This document shows, piece after piece, positions 16,875 to 25,870 of a DNA stretch of 64,000 nt. The position numbers and the translations under genes were made by a program. The stretch is from Pseudomonadota bacterium. Its GTDB lineage: Bacteria; Desulfobacterota; Desulfobacteria; Desulfobacterales; C00003106. Under the pieces are notes generated by a model. The model was not told the DNA's origin and did no database searches. It saw nothing but the letters and a program-made list of their open reading frames with translations. Location of the stretch: assembly GCA_043818915.1 (NCBI GenBank), contig JBDRFJ010000166.1, positions 37,641 through 101,640 of the forward strand, given 5' to 3'. Each line of letters begins with the position of its first letter. The stretch's first letter is position 1.

Positions 16875-17924
16875 CTAAACTTGCTTCCAGCCTTGTGAGT
16901 GGAATGTTCTCCCGCCTCGGGCTATAATCATTGTCTCTATGTCAGCCAAGGAATGAGCAAGATTAACGCTATCATTTGGTTTTAGTACAAAGAGGGCGGT
17001 AGAAAGGGCATCGGCTTCCATAACAGTAGGAGCCACTACCGTGGCGCTTATCGTTTCCCGTGGCGAATCGCCTATGGTCTTGTCAACGATATGATGATGG
17101 CGTTTATCCTTGTCGAAATACCTTTCATAGTTGCCGGATGTCGCTACAGCGCCGTTATTGAGTTCCAGGACTTCGACATATTCCCTTCTGCCCCACGGAT
17201 CCCTTATGCCGACCTTCCACGCTTTTTCAGGGCCGTTTCCTCCGATTGCTCTGATGTCGCCCCCTGCGTTGATTAGGGCATATTTTATTCCATGCCGTTC
17301 AATAAGATTCGCGGCCTGATCTACAATATATCCTTTTGCTATCCCGTCCAAGGTGATCTGCATTCCGTCCTTGAGAAATTTGATCCCTTGTTTGTCTATT
17401 TTGACCTTGTCATAATCGACAAGCGCCATCTTTTCTTTTATCTGCTGTACCGTTGGTGGAGCGCCGGTTTTTGCAAAGGTTTCCTTGTAGAGATTAACAA
17501 GAGGAAGGACTGTAATATCAAATGCGCCTTTGCTTACATGATTAAAATAGGCCGCCTGATGGAGCACTGCCGCAATTTCTGGCGATATGTCATTCAAAGT
17601 CCCTTTTGTATTTAACCAGCTTACCGGTGTATCAGCAGCATGCCGGTCAAATATTTTTACTAATTCGGTCATTCTTGTAAAGGCTTTTGCTTGAACCTCT
17701 TCAGCTTTATCACGGGACGCATCAACGATTGTTATGTTCACGAAGGTTCCCATAAGGGGACGCGTTCTGCTGATTTGCTGATGGTTGGCGGGGAGTTTGC
17801 CTTCGCTTGGCTTGGCTATAAGAGCTGGGGCAACTGCGCCAAAACCGAGTATTCCCATTAACTTGAGACAATTTCTACGGTCTACCATCTCTTCCATTCG
17901 TTTTTTCAAGTAACCTTTGTCCAT
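16875..17924 (-). CDS. apbE: FAD:protein FMN transferase ApbE, with a possible twin-arginine (RR) signal
   Basis: DRRNCLKLMGILGFGAVAPALIA signal-like N-terminus with an RR pair. ApbE blocks GAFDITVLPL, VATSGNYERYF and DALSTALFV. Confidence 0.88.
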   Translation of the reverse strand: MDKGYLKKRMEEMVDRRNCLKLMGILGFGAVAPALIAKPSEGKLPANHQQISRTRPLMGTFVNITIVDASRDKAEEVQAKAFTRMTELVKIFDRHAADTPVSWLNTKGTLNDISPEIAAVLHQAAYFNHVSKGAFDITVLPLVNLYKETFAKTGAPPTVQQIKEKMALVDYDKVKIDKQGIKFLKDGMQITLDGIAKGYIVDQAANLIERHGIKYALINAGGDIRAIGGNGPEKAWKVGIRDPWGRREYVEVLELNNGAVATSGNYERYFDKDKRHHHIVDKTIGDSPRETISATVVAPTVMEADALSTALFVLKPNDSVNLAHSLADIETMIIARGGRTFHSQGWKQV

Positions 17925-18113
17925 CTTTGTCTCCCCTCCATCATAAGAGATCTATTGCTTAAATAACCATTTCCCAATACCGCATAACCAGCTATTAGTC
18001 AAGAAATTTTTAAGTTTTTTGCCGCGTTGTTTTGCTTGACAGCCGTAGAGTATTTTGGTATTAAAAAAAAGTTTCATTGTGCATGTTTTCAACATCGAAC
18101 AAGGAAGGGTGCT

Positions 18114-18521
18114 ATGAAAAAAAACTTGGCTGTGTGTAGTGTTGTTGCGGTTTTGGTCGCTATTTGTGTTTCTATGTCGGTGTATGCGCAAGATGACATG
18201 ATGACGCTGGAACACGATATTTTTGTGGATCGGCAGAGGCCCGCGGTCCTTTTTCCGCATATGCTGCATGCCGATGAACTGGGAATCGATTGTCTTGACT
18301 GCCATCATGTGTATGACGCGAAGGGTGAAAATGTATGGGATGATTCCGAAGAGTCTGACTGCACCGCGTGCCATAAACTTGAAGCAGACGGCGAGAAAAT
18401 GCCCGCGATGAAAGCGTTTCATACCAATTGCCAGGGCTGCCATAAAGAGGAAGGCAAAGGCTCTGTGACATGCGGCGAATGCCATCCGCGGACAAAACAA
18501 GCCCCAAAAGAGACCCATTGA
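18114..18521 (+). CDS. tmcA: periplasmic tetrahaem cytochrome c3-family protein (TmcA-like), copy 1
   Basis: Signal peptide MKKNLAVCSVVAVLVAICVSMSVYAQ and four CxxCH motifs (CLDCH, CTACH, CQGCH, CGECH). ATG 18114 is in frame within the 18027 ORF. Confidence 0.75.
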   Translation: MKKNLAVCSVVAVLVAICVSMSVYAQDDMMTLEHDIFVDRQRPAVLFPHMLHADELGIDCLDCHHVYDAKGENVWDDSEESDCTACHKLEADGEKMPAMKAFHTNCQGCHKEEGKGSVTCGECHPRTKQAPKETH

Positions 18522-18623
18522 AAAATAGGGCTTTCATTTTTCTTGTCAGACCTGAACTGTCTACTCTGAGCCAAAAGGATAGACGCTGTGTTTTGTCCTG
18601 ACGTAATCTATATTTTTTCTCTT

Positions 18624-18667
18624 GAGCCGGTTTCAAAATTGAACATTTTGAAACCGGCTCTTTTTTT
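18624..18667 (+). terminator. rho-independent terminator of tmcA copy 1
   Basis: gagccggtttcaaaat-tgaac-attttgaaaccggctc followed by T7. Confidence 0.8.
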
Positions 18668-18736
18668 AACCTAAGTTGAGCGATTTTTAAGGAAGAGATT
18701 GGTGCAGATCGAGTCAAAAATCGCTCAATTTAGGTT
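18668..18736 (+). repeat. 69-nt hairpin element, copy 1 (21-bp stem, conserved 27-nt loop)
   Basis: aacctaagttgagcgattttt-[aaggaagagattggtgcagatcgagtc]-aaaaatcgctcaatttaggtt. A near-identical copy lies at 28991-29059. Confidence 0.8.
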
Positions 18737-18784
18737 AAAGTAAATAACATTTTGTAAGGATTAGCTTATCAGGGAGAAAGTCTT

Positions 18785-19117
18785 ATGCAGCGCTTCAAGA
18801 AATATGTGGGTGAGAAGATTTCACTGGCAAACATCAAGGATGCGGCAGGGATTAGTTCTTTTGGTATGACGTGCAGATATCTTCCGGACCCGCCAGAGGA
18901 TTTCGATGAGTTTGAGTTTGTTACCGACTTCGGGGGCACAAAGAACCTTGGCCTGATGGTGACAATAGAACTTATGAGAATCAAGAGGCTGTTTTTTGGA
19001 ATGATATCTGCTGAAGACCCGGATGTTATTAGACCTCTTGGCGAATCGGAACTCGAACAGCTCTTAAAGGAGCGTGGAGGTCAACTGGAGGGCTTTTTTG
19101 AATACATTATCTCGTGA
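18785..19117 (+). CDS. hypothetical protein (110 aa, acidic, no recognised domain)
   Basis: ATG preceded by AGGGAGAAAG and followed by a terminator hairpin. I recognised no motif. Confidence 0.45.
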   Translation: MQRFKKYVGEKISLANIKDAAGISSFGMTCRYLPDPPEDFDEFEFVTDFGGTKNLGLMVTIELMRIKRLFFGMISAEDPDVIRPLGESELEQLLKERGGQLEGFFEYIIS

Positions 19118-19170
19118 TTAAAGATGATGGTTTCGTAAAAAGTCTTTAGGGAAAAGATAGTTAAGAAAAT

Positions 19171-19222
19171 AAAAAAGGTCAGGCCACACGCTAACAATGC
19201 AAGAGGCCTGACCTTTTTTTTT
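19171..19222. terminator. bidirectional terminator-like hairpin
   Basis: A6-ggtcaggcc-(19-nt loop)-ggcctgacc-T9, between convergent genes. Confidence 0.55.
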
Positions 19223-19230
19223 GTTATCAG

Positions 19231-20565
19231 TTATGGCTGCAAATGCTCCGGTATCTCCATTGCTGCAATCAGGAGATCGCTGAAGAATTTAACCTCCATC
19301 CCTAATTTATAGGTATGGACAATGTCTTCGATGCCGCTATGGCAGTTATGGCACGGCGTTACAATAGTATGGGCGCCGGTTGCTTTAAATTGCTCCGCCT
19401 TTATGCTGTTCCCCTCGACCCGCTTTTTCTTCCACGGAGGCCCGCAATTGATGACTCCGCCGCCCGCGTTGCAACAATAATTGTGTCTCTTGTTGGGGGT
19501 AACATCCACAAACTCTGCACAGACCGCATTCATAATATAACGGAGTTTGTCGCCCAAACCAGCGTTTCTAATAACGTTACATGGGTCCTGCACAGTGATC
19601 GGACCCTCAGCTTTTTTTGCTATCTTGATTCGGCCGCTTTTTATCAGGTCATAATAAAATGATATGGCATGAACTATCGGTATAGGCGGCTTCATCCATC
19701 CCATCCAGGTAGGACCATCATATTCTGCCCCCCTGAACGCATGACCGCATTCACCCATAACTATTTTTTTGACTTTAAGCCTTTGAGCTGTTTCATGATG
19801 AAGCCTTTCCACCCTGGCCATGACCTCAAAATCGCCTGAATACATAGCCATATTGCTGTTATCCCAGCCGGCGGTTGCAGGCATTGTCCAGTCAAGCCCT
19901 GCCACCTTCATGATTGCCGTGATATTACCAAGGAGCTGGGCTAAAAACTTTGGTTCAGGCCCGATAACGGAATACATAATTTCTGCGCCTTCCTTTTCCA
20001 GTGGCAAACGGGCGCTCGGCACATATCCCTGGCCCTCTTCCTCCTGCCATTGAAGAGTATCTATCCATTCGTCCGGTTTTACCCACATCTGGTTCATTGT
20101 GGCGGCGTGGCTGTGAACCGTATCCTGGAGGTAAAGGGGCACCATGTCTAATTTTGCGCATATCCGACGAACCACGAGAAGCATGTAGGCGATATCGATT
20201 CCAAACGGACAGTACATGCCGCAGCGGCGGCAAAGATTACATTCGGTATAGGCTATTTCAGCGCATCTTTTGATAAATGCGGCGTCAACAGCGCCTTTAT
20301 TTTTTAACATTACCCATATGGTATCCTTTATCTTTGTAACCGGAGCATAACTGACATCCCGGTCATTAGAAAGATACCACTGGCAGGCCTCTGCGCATAA
20401 CCCGCAGTGGATACATGTATTAACGTAAGTCCACAAACGACCGCCGGTTTCTTTATCTATAACTTCATTGATAACTTTTTCTATTTGTTCGGGTCTGAGT
20501 TTTGCCTCGGTCTGATCCATGGCATCATCTACTACCGGTTCTCTTTTAGTTATGGTGGGTCTCAT
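19231..20565 (-). CDS. tmcB: HdrD/DsrK-like iron-sulfur CCG-domain protein (TmcB-like), copy 1
   Basis: Two ferredoxin-type motifs (CIHCGLCAEACQ, CNLCRRCGMYCP) plus CCG-type cysteine blocks (VQDPCN, NYCCNAGGG, TPCHNCH). ATG at 20565 follows AAGGAGAATATT. Confidence 0.8.
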   Translation of the reverse strand: MRPTITKREPVVDDAMDQTEAKLRPEQIEKVINEVIDKETGGRLWTYVNTCIHCGLCAEACQWYLSNDRDVSYAPVTKIKDTIWVMLKNKGAVDAAFIKRCAEIAYTECNLCRRCGMYCPFGIDIAYMLLVVRRICAKLDMVPLYLQDTVHSHAATMNQMWVKPDEWIDTLQWQEEEGQGYVPSARLPLEKEGAEIMYSVIGPEPKFLAQLLGNITAIMKVAGLDWTMPATAGWDNSNMAMYSGDFEVMARVERLHHETAQRLKVKKIVMGECGHAFRGAEYDGPTWMGWMKPPIPIVHAISFYYDLIKSGRIKIAKKAEGPITVQDPCNVIRNAGLGDKLRYIMNAVCAEFVDVTPNKRHNYCCNAGGGVINCGPPWKKKRVEGNSIKAEQFKATGAHTIVTPCHNCHSGIEDIVHTYKLGMEVKFFSDLLIAAMEIPEHLQP

Positions 20566-20600
20566 AATATTCTCCTTAACATTGTATTGCTGTTTAATTC

Positions 20601-21248
20601 TTACCAATCCTTTGAATGCTTTACATGACCTTGCTCACTCCCGAAATATGCTCTTGTAAAAACAAAGAAGAGCATGTGGCTTAGCCTTGTAAAAGGAATG
20701 GCTATCAGCATGATCTCGCCGGCAAGGATATGAATTATCAGCATGGTCTTATAATCAAACCACTGATGGTATGCAATGAAGCCGGTTATAAAGGGAAGAG
20801 CGGTAATTGCCAGCAGAAGATAGTCCGAACCATCGGTGACATTTTTTACCACAGGGTCTGTTAGCCTTCTGTATAAGAAAAAGATACAACCGGCAATAAC
20901 TATGATTGTCATATAGTCGGCGATTGTATCCGACATGCTCCACCAGCTTATATTCCATGATTCATCCCAGAGAATAATATGGGCCAAAAGAAAAATAGGC
21001 GTGACAACCAGACAGATATGAAAAGCAAAAGAGACAGCAGTAAATACTGGCCGTTGTTTCATGTACTGGTTATTAAAAGGTATTACCCAGTGCACAAGAG
21101 AAGCTAAACTGTGTTTTAATGACATGTGCGGAAACACAACTTTCTCCTTTTTAGCGCCTGCCAACATGTAGATTATTCTATAAAGACTCCCCGCAATAAA
21201 AATGATGAAGGCAGCCCATGCCAGCGGCCCGCGTACCAATTCATACAT
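20601..21248 (-). CDS. tmcC: NarI/DsrM-like membrane cytochrome b (TmcC-like), copy 1
   Basis: 215-aa protein with ~5 helices and conserved His residues in helices (FAFHICL, IIHILAGEIMLIAIPFTRLSH). It lies directly upstream of the HdrD-like gene. Confidence 0.75.
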   Translation of the reverse strand: MYELVRGPLAWAAFIIFIAGSLYRIIYMLAGAKKEKVVFPHMSLKHSLASLVHWVIPFNNQYMKQRPVFTAVSFAFHICLVVTPIFLLAHIILWDESWNISWWSMSDTIADYMTIIVIAGCIFFLYRRLTDPVVKNVTDGSDYLLLAITALPFITGFIAYHQWFDYKTMLIIHILAGEIMLIAIPFTRLSHMLFFVFTRAYFGSEQGHVKHSKDW

Positions 21249-21332
21249 TTGTTTTCCCCCCTTCAGTAAATGGTATCAAAGTTGTTGGCATTGAATGATC
21301 TTTAGGGAATAGAATTACCATTTTTATCAAGT

Positions 21333-22607
21333 TTACATACTTGCCAACGGGACTATTCGACGATAATATTTCTTGTCTTCTATGCCCCGTATGAGTACCT
21401 TGGTCCCGTCAGGAGATATAACAGGGTCCCAAAGGGCTTCATATTTGCTGCCCCATATCTTGCCATTAACTGCCATGGCATACTTGCCGTGTTTTTCTAC
21501 TTTACAAATTACCTTATCGCCATCGGGGCTAAAAACAGGCGGCCAAATATTATCATAGTACGCACCGTCACCGAGCACTGTCCCGTCAAGAACAAGAAAC
21601 CAGAACCCGCTGTCTTTGGCAATAGCGGCCACCTTAGTGCCATCCGGGCTAAAATAGGGCCGCAAGACACATTCTCCGAACGTAGTACGCCATGGCCGGC
21701 CGTCTACAGCAACAGTCCATTTGGCGAACGATGTGGCAACTGTTGCAGCGATCTTTTCGCCGTCAGGGCTGTAGGTTTGGTACAAGATATTGGTAAAACC
21801 TTTATCCCAGACAAGGGTGCCGTTTGTTGCCAGGAACCATCGGCCTCCTTGCCTTACAGGCGCGGTTACCACGTCGTTTTTATGAGGATGAAAGACAGGT
21901 TCCCATGTACAACCGGCTGTTGTCTCCCATGGGGTTCCGTTTACGACAATGCCGTAGTCACAAATAGCGGCTCTATATTCCGCGGCAACTTGCTTGCCGT
22001 CATTGCTGATGGCCAATCCGTAGAGGTCGACAAAGTTGTCTTGCCACGGCTTGCCGTTTACCACCACCGACCATGTGCCATTCAAAAATCCTTCAAGATC
22101 AGCCTGGCCAAGGGGAACGGTTTGAGCAATAGCGGCCACGGTTTTCCCGTCAGGACTCACAACATAACTTGCTATACTCGCCAGGCTTTTAGAACATTCC
22201 CATGTTTTTCCATCAACTGCGATCCCATATACATCGTCTTGTTTAACAGTTGCCGCAATCACCTTGCCGTCGGCGCTGAACTTGGTATCCCAAATATACT
22301 CGTAGGAGTTTTCCCAGGCCTTTCCGTCCACAGCCATAGTCCATTCCATGTCCTTTGACGCCAAAACAGTCAGCCTGTTGTCAGGGCTGAACCTGGAATA
22401 CCATAGCTTTTCGTATGGCTCTTCCCACGTTTCTCCATTGACACATACGTTGAATTCTCCTTCCCCTATTTTTACAATAGAGGCAATCTTTTCGCCGTCG
22501 GGACTTACATAAGGCTCCCAGACATCTTCAAACCGGACCTTCCATTCCGCTGTGTCGGCAACCATCTTTTTTTTGCTTTTCCAGTCCCAATTTTCCAAAT
22601 CAGGCAT
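21333..22607 (-). CDS. Trp-rich ~45-aa-repeat (beta-propeller-like) protein, TmcD-like by position and composition
   Basis: About nine repeats of W-x-P-x-FSPDG-K-x-AA...VDGK-x-W with very high Trp content. It is the first gene of the minus-strand operon with the cytochrome b and HdrD-like genes. Confidence 0.55.
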   Translation of the reverse strand: MPDLENWDWKSKKKMVADTAEWKVRFEDVWEPYVSPDGEKIASIVKIGEGEFNVCVNGETWEEPYEKLWYSRFSPDNRLTVLASKDMEWTMAVDGKAWENSYEYIWDTKFSADGKVIAATVKQDDVYGIAVDGKTWECSKSLASIASYVVSPDGKTVAAIAQTVPLGQADLEGFLNGTWSVVVNGKPWQDNFVDLYGLAISNDGKQVAAEYRAAICDYGIVVNGTPWETTAGCTWEPVFHPHKNDVVTAPVRQGGRWFLATNGTLVWDKGFTNILYQTYSPDGEKIAATVATSFAKWTVAVDGRPWRTTFGECVLRPYFSPDGTKVAAIAKDSGFWFLVLDGTVLGDGAYYDNIWPPVFSPDGDKVICKVEKHGKYAMAVNGKIWGSKYEALWDPVISPDGTKVLIRGIEDKKYYRRIVPLASM

Positions 22608-22875
22608 TCTTACACCTCCCTAATTTTTGTTTGGAGTCTGATATGCTTCAGGCCTATAAGAATTTATTTTCATATTACCTGGCGGACTATTACTGCCATT
22701 TTGGTGCTGTGGTGGTTTTTTTTTTACTGAGATTGAATGCGATCTTAGTCTATTTCTTACAAAAGGTCAAGGTAAAAACGATGGTAAGCAGTTGTTTTTA
22801 AAGAAAAAGGATGGCGGATAACTGTTTGGTGTTATTAGGTTAATTAGAGTTTTGTGTTAATAGTGTCTTTTTTTC

Positions 22876-22904
22876 TTGACACGGAAATACCGGATTGTTA
22901 TAGG
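22876..22904 (+). promoter_or_regulatory. candidate sigma-70 promoter for the plus-strand tmc-like operon
   Basis: TTGACA (22876-22881), a 17-nt spacer, then TATAGG (22899-22904), about 115 nt upstream of the ATG at 23018. Confidence 0.3.
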
Positions 22905-23017
22905 ATAAGCCCTTGTGTATTTAGTGTATTTGTATGAGAAGAATGTCCGTACGGTATAGCAATTGAAACCTTGGACCAAGTAAGATTGAGAGATCACATA
23001 AAAAACGGAGGGTTCCC

Positions 23018-23692
23018 ATGTATGAATTTGTAAGAGGGCCGTTGGCCTTGATTTCATTTGCCATTTTTTTTATCGGGATTATCGTCAGAGTCGTCTGGTA
23101 CGTGAAAGGTCTTGATTGGAGACTCGACAGAGTGGCCTATCTTGAAAAGGCTGATTACGGGATTCGGGGCGCCCTAAAATCTATCTTCCACTGGATATTA
23201 CCGCTCAATCACACAACCGCAAATCACCCGATTTTTATGGGGGCGACTTATCTTTTCCACATATGCCTCCTTACGGCTCCACTCTTGTTAATGGCTCATG
23301 TCATGCTGATAGAAGAATCGTGGGGCATTAGCTGGATCACCATACCTGATACCATAGCAGATTATATGACCTTGGCGGTCATTGCCGCAGGAGGTTTCTT
23401 GTTTGCTCGTCGTTTAGTCTTACCCCACGTTAAAATCTTGACCACCGGATCTGATTTTCTTATCTTGTTCATTGCGTTGGCTCCATTCATTACCGGTTTT
23501 ATTGCCTATCATCAATTGATGGGATACAAGTTCTGGTTGATCGTGCATATCCTCGCGGGCGAGATAATGCTGATAGCGATTCCCTTTACCAAGCTTTCCC
23601 ATGTCGTTCTTTTCTTCTGCTCCAGAGCCCAAATCGGCATGGATTACGGTATAAAGAGAGGCGGACAAAAAGGGAAAGGAATCGTCTGGTAA
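23018..23692 (+). CDS. tmcC: NarI/DsrM-like membrane cytochrome b (TmcC-like), copy 2
   Basis: Paralogue of 20601-21248. Shared blocks are MYEFVRGPLA, ITGFIAYHQ and HILAGEIMLIAIPFTKLSH. RBS GGAGGG. Confidence 0.75.
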   Translation: MYEFVRGPLALISFAIFFIGIIVRVVWYVKGLDWRLDRVAYLEKADYGIRGALKSIFHWILPLNHTTANHPIFMGATYLFHICLLTAPLLLMAHVMLIEESWGISWITIPDTIADYMTLAVIAAGGFLFARRLVLPHVKILTTGSDFLILFIALAPFITGFIAYHQLMGYKFWLIVHILAGEIMLIAIPFTKLSHVVLFFCSRAQIGMDYGIKRGGQKGKGIVW

Positions 23693-23751
23693 TAGTGGCC
23701 CCATAATAATTGTTATCAATAATTTCATTTAACATTTAAGGAGAGATAGAT

Positions 23752-25155
23752 ATGGCAGAAGAAGCAAAAGACCAAACCTTAGAACCTCTTGTTACCAGAA
23801 GACCCGTGAAGACCAAAGAGGAACTCGACGCCTTATTAGCAGACAGAGGGGGGGCCCGGTATTACAAGGAACTCAATGAATGGTCTGTTGATACGGATGC
23901 ATTGAAAAGTACACTGAATACCACATGCAAATCTCGGTTACGCACCTGGCTTAAGATTTGTGCCCATTGTGGTATGTGCGCGGATGCCTGTCATTTTTAT
24001 ATCTCAAACGACAATGACCCCGAGCAGGTCCCTTCTTATAAAATACAATCTACCCTTGGCGAGTTGGTAAAAAGAAAGGGGAATGTCGACAATGCATTCA
24101 TGCAGTATTGCATGGATACGGCCTGGGGAAAGTGTACCTGCTGCAATCGCTGCGGGGTGTATTGTCCCCATGGGATCGACATGGGCGTTATGATGAGTTA
24201 CCTGAGAGGGCTCTGTTTTTCACAGGGCTTCGTGCCATTTGAAATGAAAATCGGATCAGGGATGCATTGGGTATTTAATGCCCAGATGGATGTCACCGTG
24301 CAAGATTTTATTGAGACATGTGAGTGGATGGCAGAGGAATATGAGGATGATTGGCCCGGCCTCAACATCCCCGTTGATAAAGAGAACTCGGATATTCTGT
24401 ATACAATCAATGCTCGTGAGCCCAAACATTATCCTGAGGATATTGCAGAGGCCGCGATTTTGTTCCATCTTACCGGTGAGAACTGGACGGTTCCCAGCAA
24501 GGGGTGGGAAGAGACAAGTTTGTCGATGTTCGCCGGTGACTGGCCCGGCTGCAAACAGCAGGTGGAATGGGTCTATGAGGCAATGGAACGGCTCAAACCA
24601 AAGCGGATGGTTGTTACAGAGTGTGGACACGCGCACCGTGCGACTATTACCGAAGGCCCCTATTGGGCCGGGATAAAGAGCGGTGATACGCCTGTCCCAT
24701 CACAGCATTATGTTGAATGGGTATTAGAGGTGCTGGAAAATGGAAAGCTCAAGTTAGACCCTTCCAAAAAGATTAAAGAGCCTGTGACGGTACAGGACCC
24801 GTGTAACTATGTCAGAAATGCCGGTCTGTCCGAATGTCTCAGAAAGATTATGCCCTATATAGCGGAAGATGTCCGCGAAATGGCTCAGAACCGTGAGCAG
24901 AATTTCTGTTGCTCCGGCGGGGGAGGCATGAATGGGATCGGGCGTTACCGAAAGGAAAGAAACATAGGCCTGAGGGTAAAGCGCGATCAGATCTTAGCCA
25001 CCGGGGCAAAATTTGTGGTTTCCGCGTGCCACAACTGCTGGGACGCGATCAGAGACCTGGAAGAAGTATACAAGTGTGGAATCAGGTGGAGCTTCTTAAA
25101 ACCGATTCTTCTCAAGATGGTGATTGTGCCGGATCACTTAAAACCAAAAGAATAA
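23752..25155 (+). CDS. tmcB: HdrD/DsrK-like iron-sulfur CCG-domain protein (TmcB-like), copy 2
   Basis: [41 protein letters not shown] and SACHNCW. Paralogue of 19231-20565. Confidence 0.8.
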   Translation: MAEEAKDQTLEPLVTRRPVKTKEELDALLADRGGARYYKELNEWSVDTDALKSTLNTTCKSRLRTWLKICAHCGMCADACHFYISNDNDPEQVPSYKIQSTLGELVKRKGNVDNAFMQYCMDTAWGKCTCCNRCGVYCPHGIDMGVMMSYLRGLCFSQGFVPFEMKIGSGMHWVFNAQMDVTVQDFIETCEWMAEEYEDDWPGLNIPVDKENSDILYTINAREPKHYPEDIAEAAILFHLTGENWTVPSKGWEETSLSMFAGDWPGCKQQVEWVYEAMERLKPKRMVVTECGHAHRATITEGPYWAGIKSGDTPVPSQHYVEWVLEVLENGKLKLDPSKKIKEPVTVQDPCNYVRNAGLSECLRKIMPYIAEDVREMAQNREQNFCCSGGGGMNGIGRYRKERNIGLRVKRDQILATGAKFVVSACHNCWDAIRDLEEVYKCGIRWSFLKPILLKMVIVPDHLKPKE

Positions 25156-25189
25156 CGGCTGTGTGACAATAACAATGGAGCATATTGGA

Positions 25190-25579
25190 ATGAAAGCTAA
25201 TAAGATAGCGTTATATATAGTGGCGGCGGGTCTGGCATCCCTTTTTATTCTCGGCACGGCATATGCTCAGGATGAAATTCAATGGCTGGAGCATGGTATC
25301 TTTGTGGGACGCGAGAGACCCGCGGCGGCTTTTTCGCATGCGCTTCATTCTGATGACTTAGGAATTGATTGTTTGGAATGTCATCATATCTACGAAAACG
25401 GTGAAAACGTTTGGGATGATTCCGCAGAGTCCGACTGTACCGCATGTCATAAGCTTGAGGCAGAGGGCAGGAAGATGCCGGCAGTAAAAGCGTTCCATAC
25501 TAATTGCCAGGGTTGCCACAAGGAGGAAGGCAAAGGTCCGATTACGTGCGGTGAGTGCCATCCCCGGAAAAGACAATAG
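25190..25579 (+). CDS. tmcA: periplasmic tetrahaem cytochrome c3-family protein (TmcA-like), copy 2
   Basis: Signal peptide MKANKIALYIVAAGLASLFILGTAYAQ and four CxxCH motifs (CLECH, CTACH, CQGCH, CGECH). It shares long identical blocks with copy 1. ATG 25190 follows GGAG. Confidence 0.78.
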   Translation: MKANKIALYIVAAGLASLFILGTAYAQDEIQWLEHGIFVGRERPAAAFSHALHSDDLGIDCLECHHIYENGENVWDDSAESDCTACHKLEAEGRKMPAVKAFHTNCQGCHKEEGKGPITCGECHPRKRQ

Positions 25580-25653
25580 GAGGCGCTGTCCGAGAATTAT
25601 GTCTCGTTCTCACGCTTTTGCAGTAGGACCAGAATTCTCGGACAGCCTCCTAT
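25576..25653 (+). terminator. long hairpin at the end of the plus-strand tmc-like operon (no clear T-run)
   Basis: ataggaggcgctgtccgagaatt ... gaattctcggacagcctcctat: a ~20-bp stem with a 2-nt bulge and a 34-nt loop. Confidence 0.4.
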
Positions 25654-25870
25654 ACCAAAACAGATGGTGCAGGGAGTTCTGATCTCCCTGCATATTCAAT
25701 TTCTTCCCCTTTCCCATAATCTTATCACGAGACCTTAGATCCCACCGATGGCGGAGAATGTTTTGAAACTGCCCCTGTAAAAAGGGGTTTAGAAAAAATA
25801 AAATTCTGCCGATCCTACGTAAAAATTTCCTTACATTAATCATCAATAAACCTTACCGGACAGAATTTGT

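Noticed and set aside
17952-18717. Two overlapping minus-strand ORFs (188 and 181 aa) across the tmcA copy 1 region
   Set aside because: They overlap a gene with a signal peptide and four haem-binding motifs, and they run through its terminator and the 69-nt hairpin element. They are likely artefacts.
21489-22358. 289-aa ORF antisense to the Trp-rich repeat gene
   Set aside because: It has no start context or motifs. The minus-strand frame shows a clear ~45-aa repeat periodicity and operon coupling.
25610-25846. 78-aa minus-strand ORF between the tmc-like operon and the rhomboid gene
   Set aside because: It begins in the terminator hairpin, has basic low-complexity sequence, and shows no RBS or motif.
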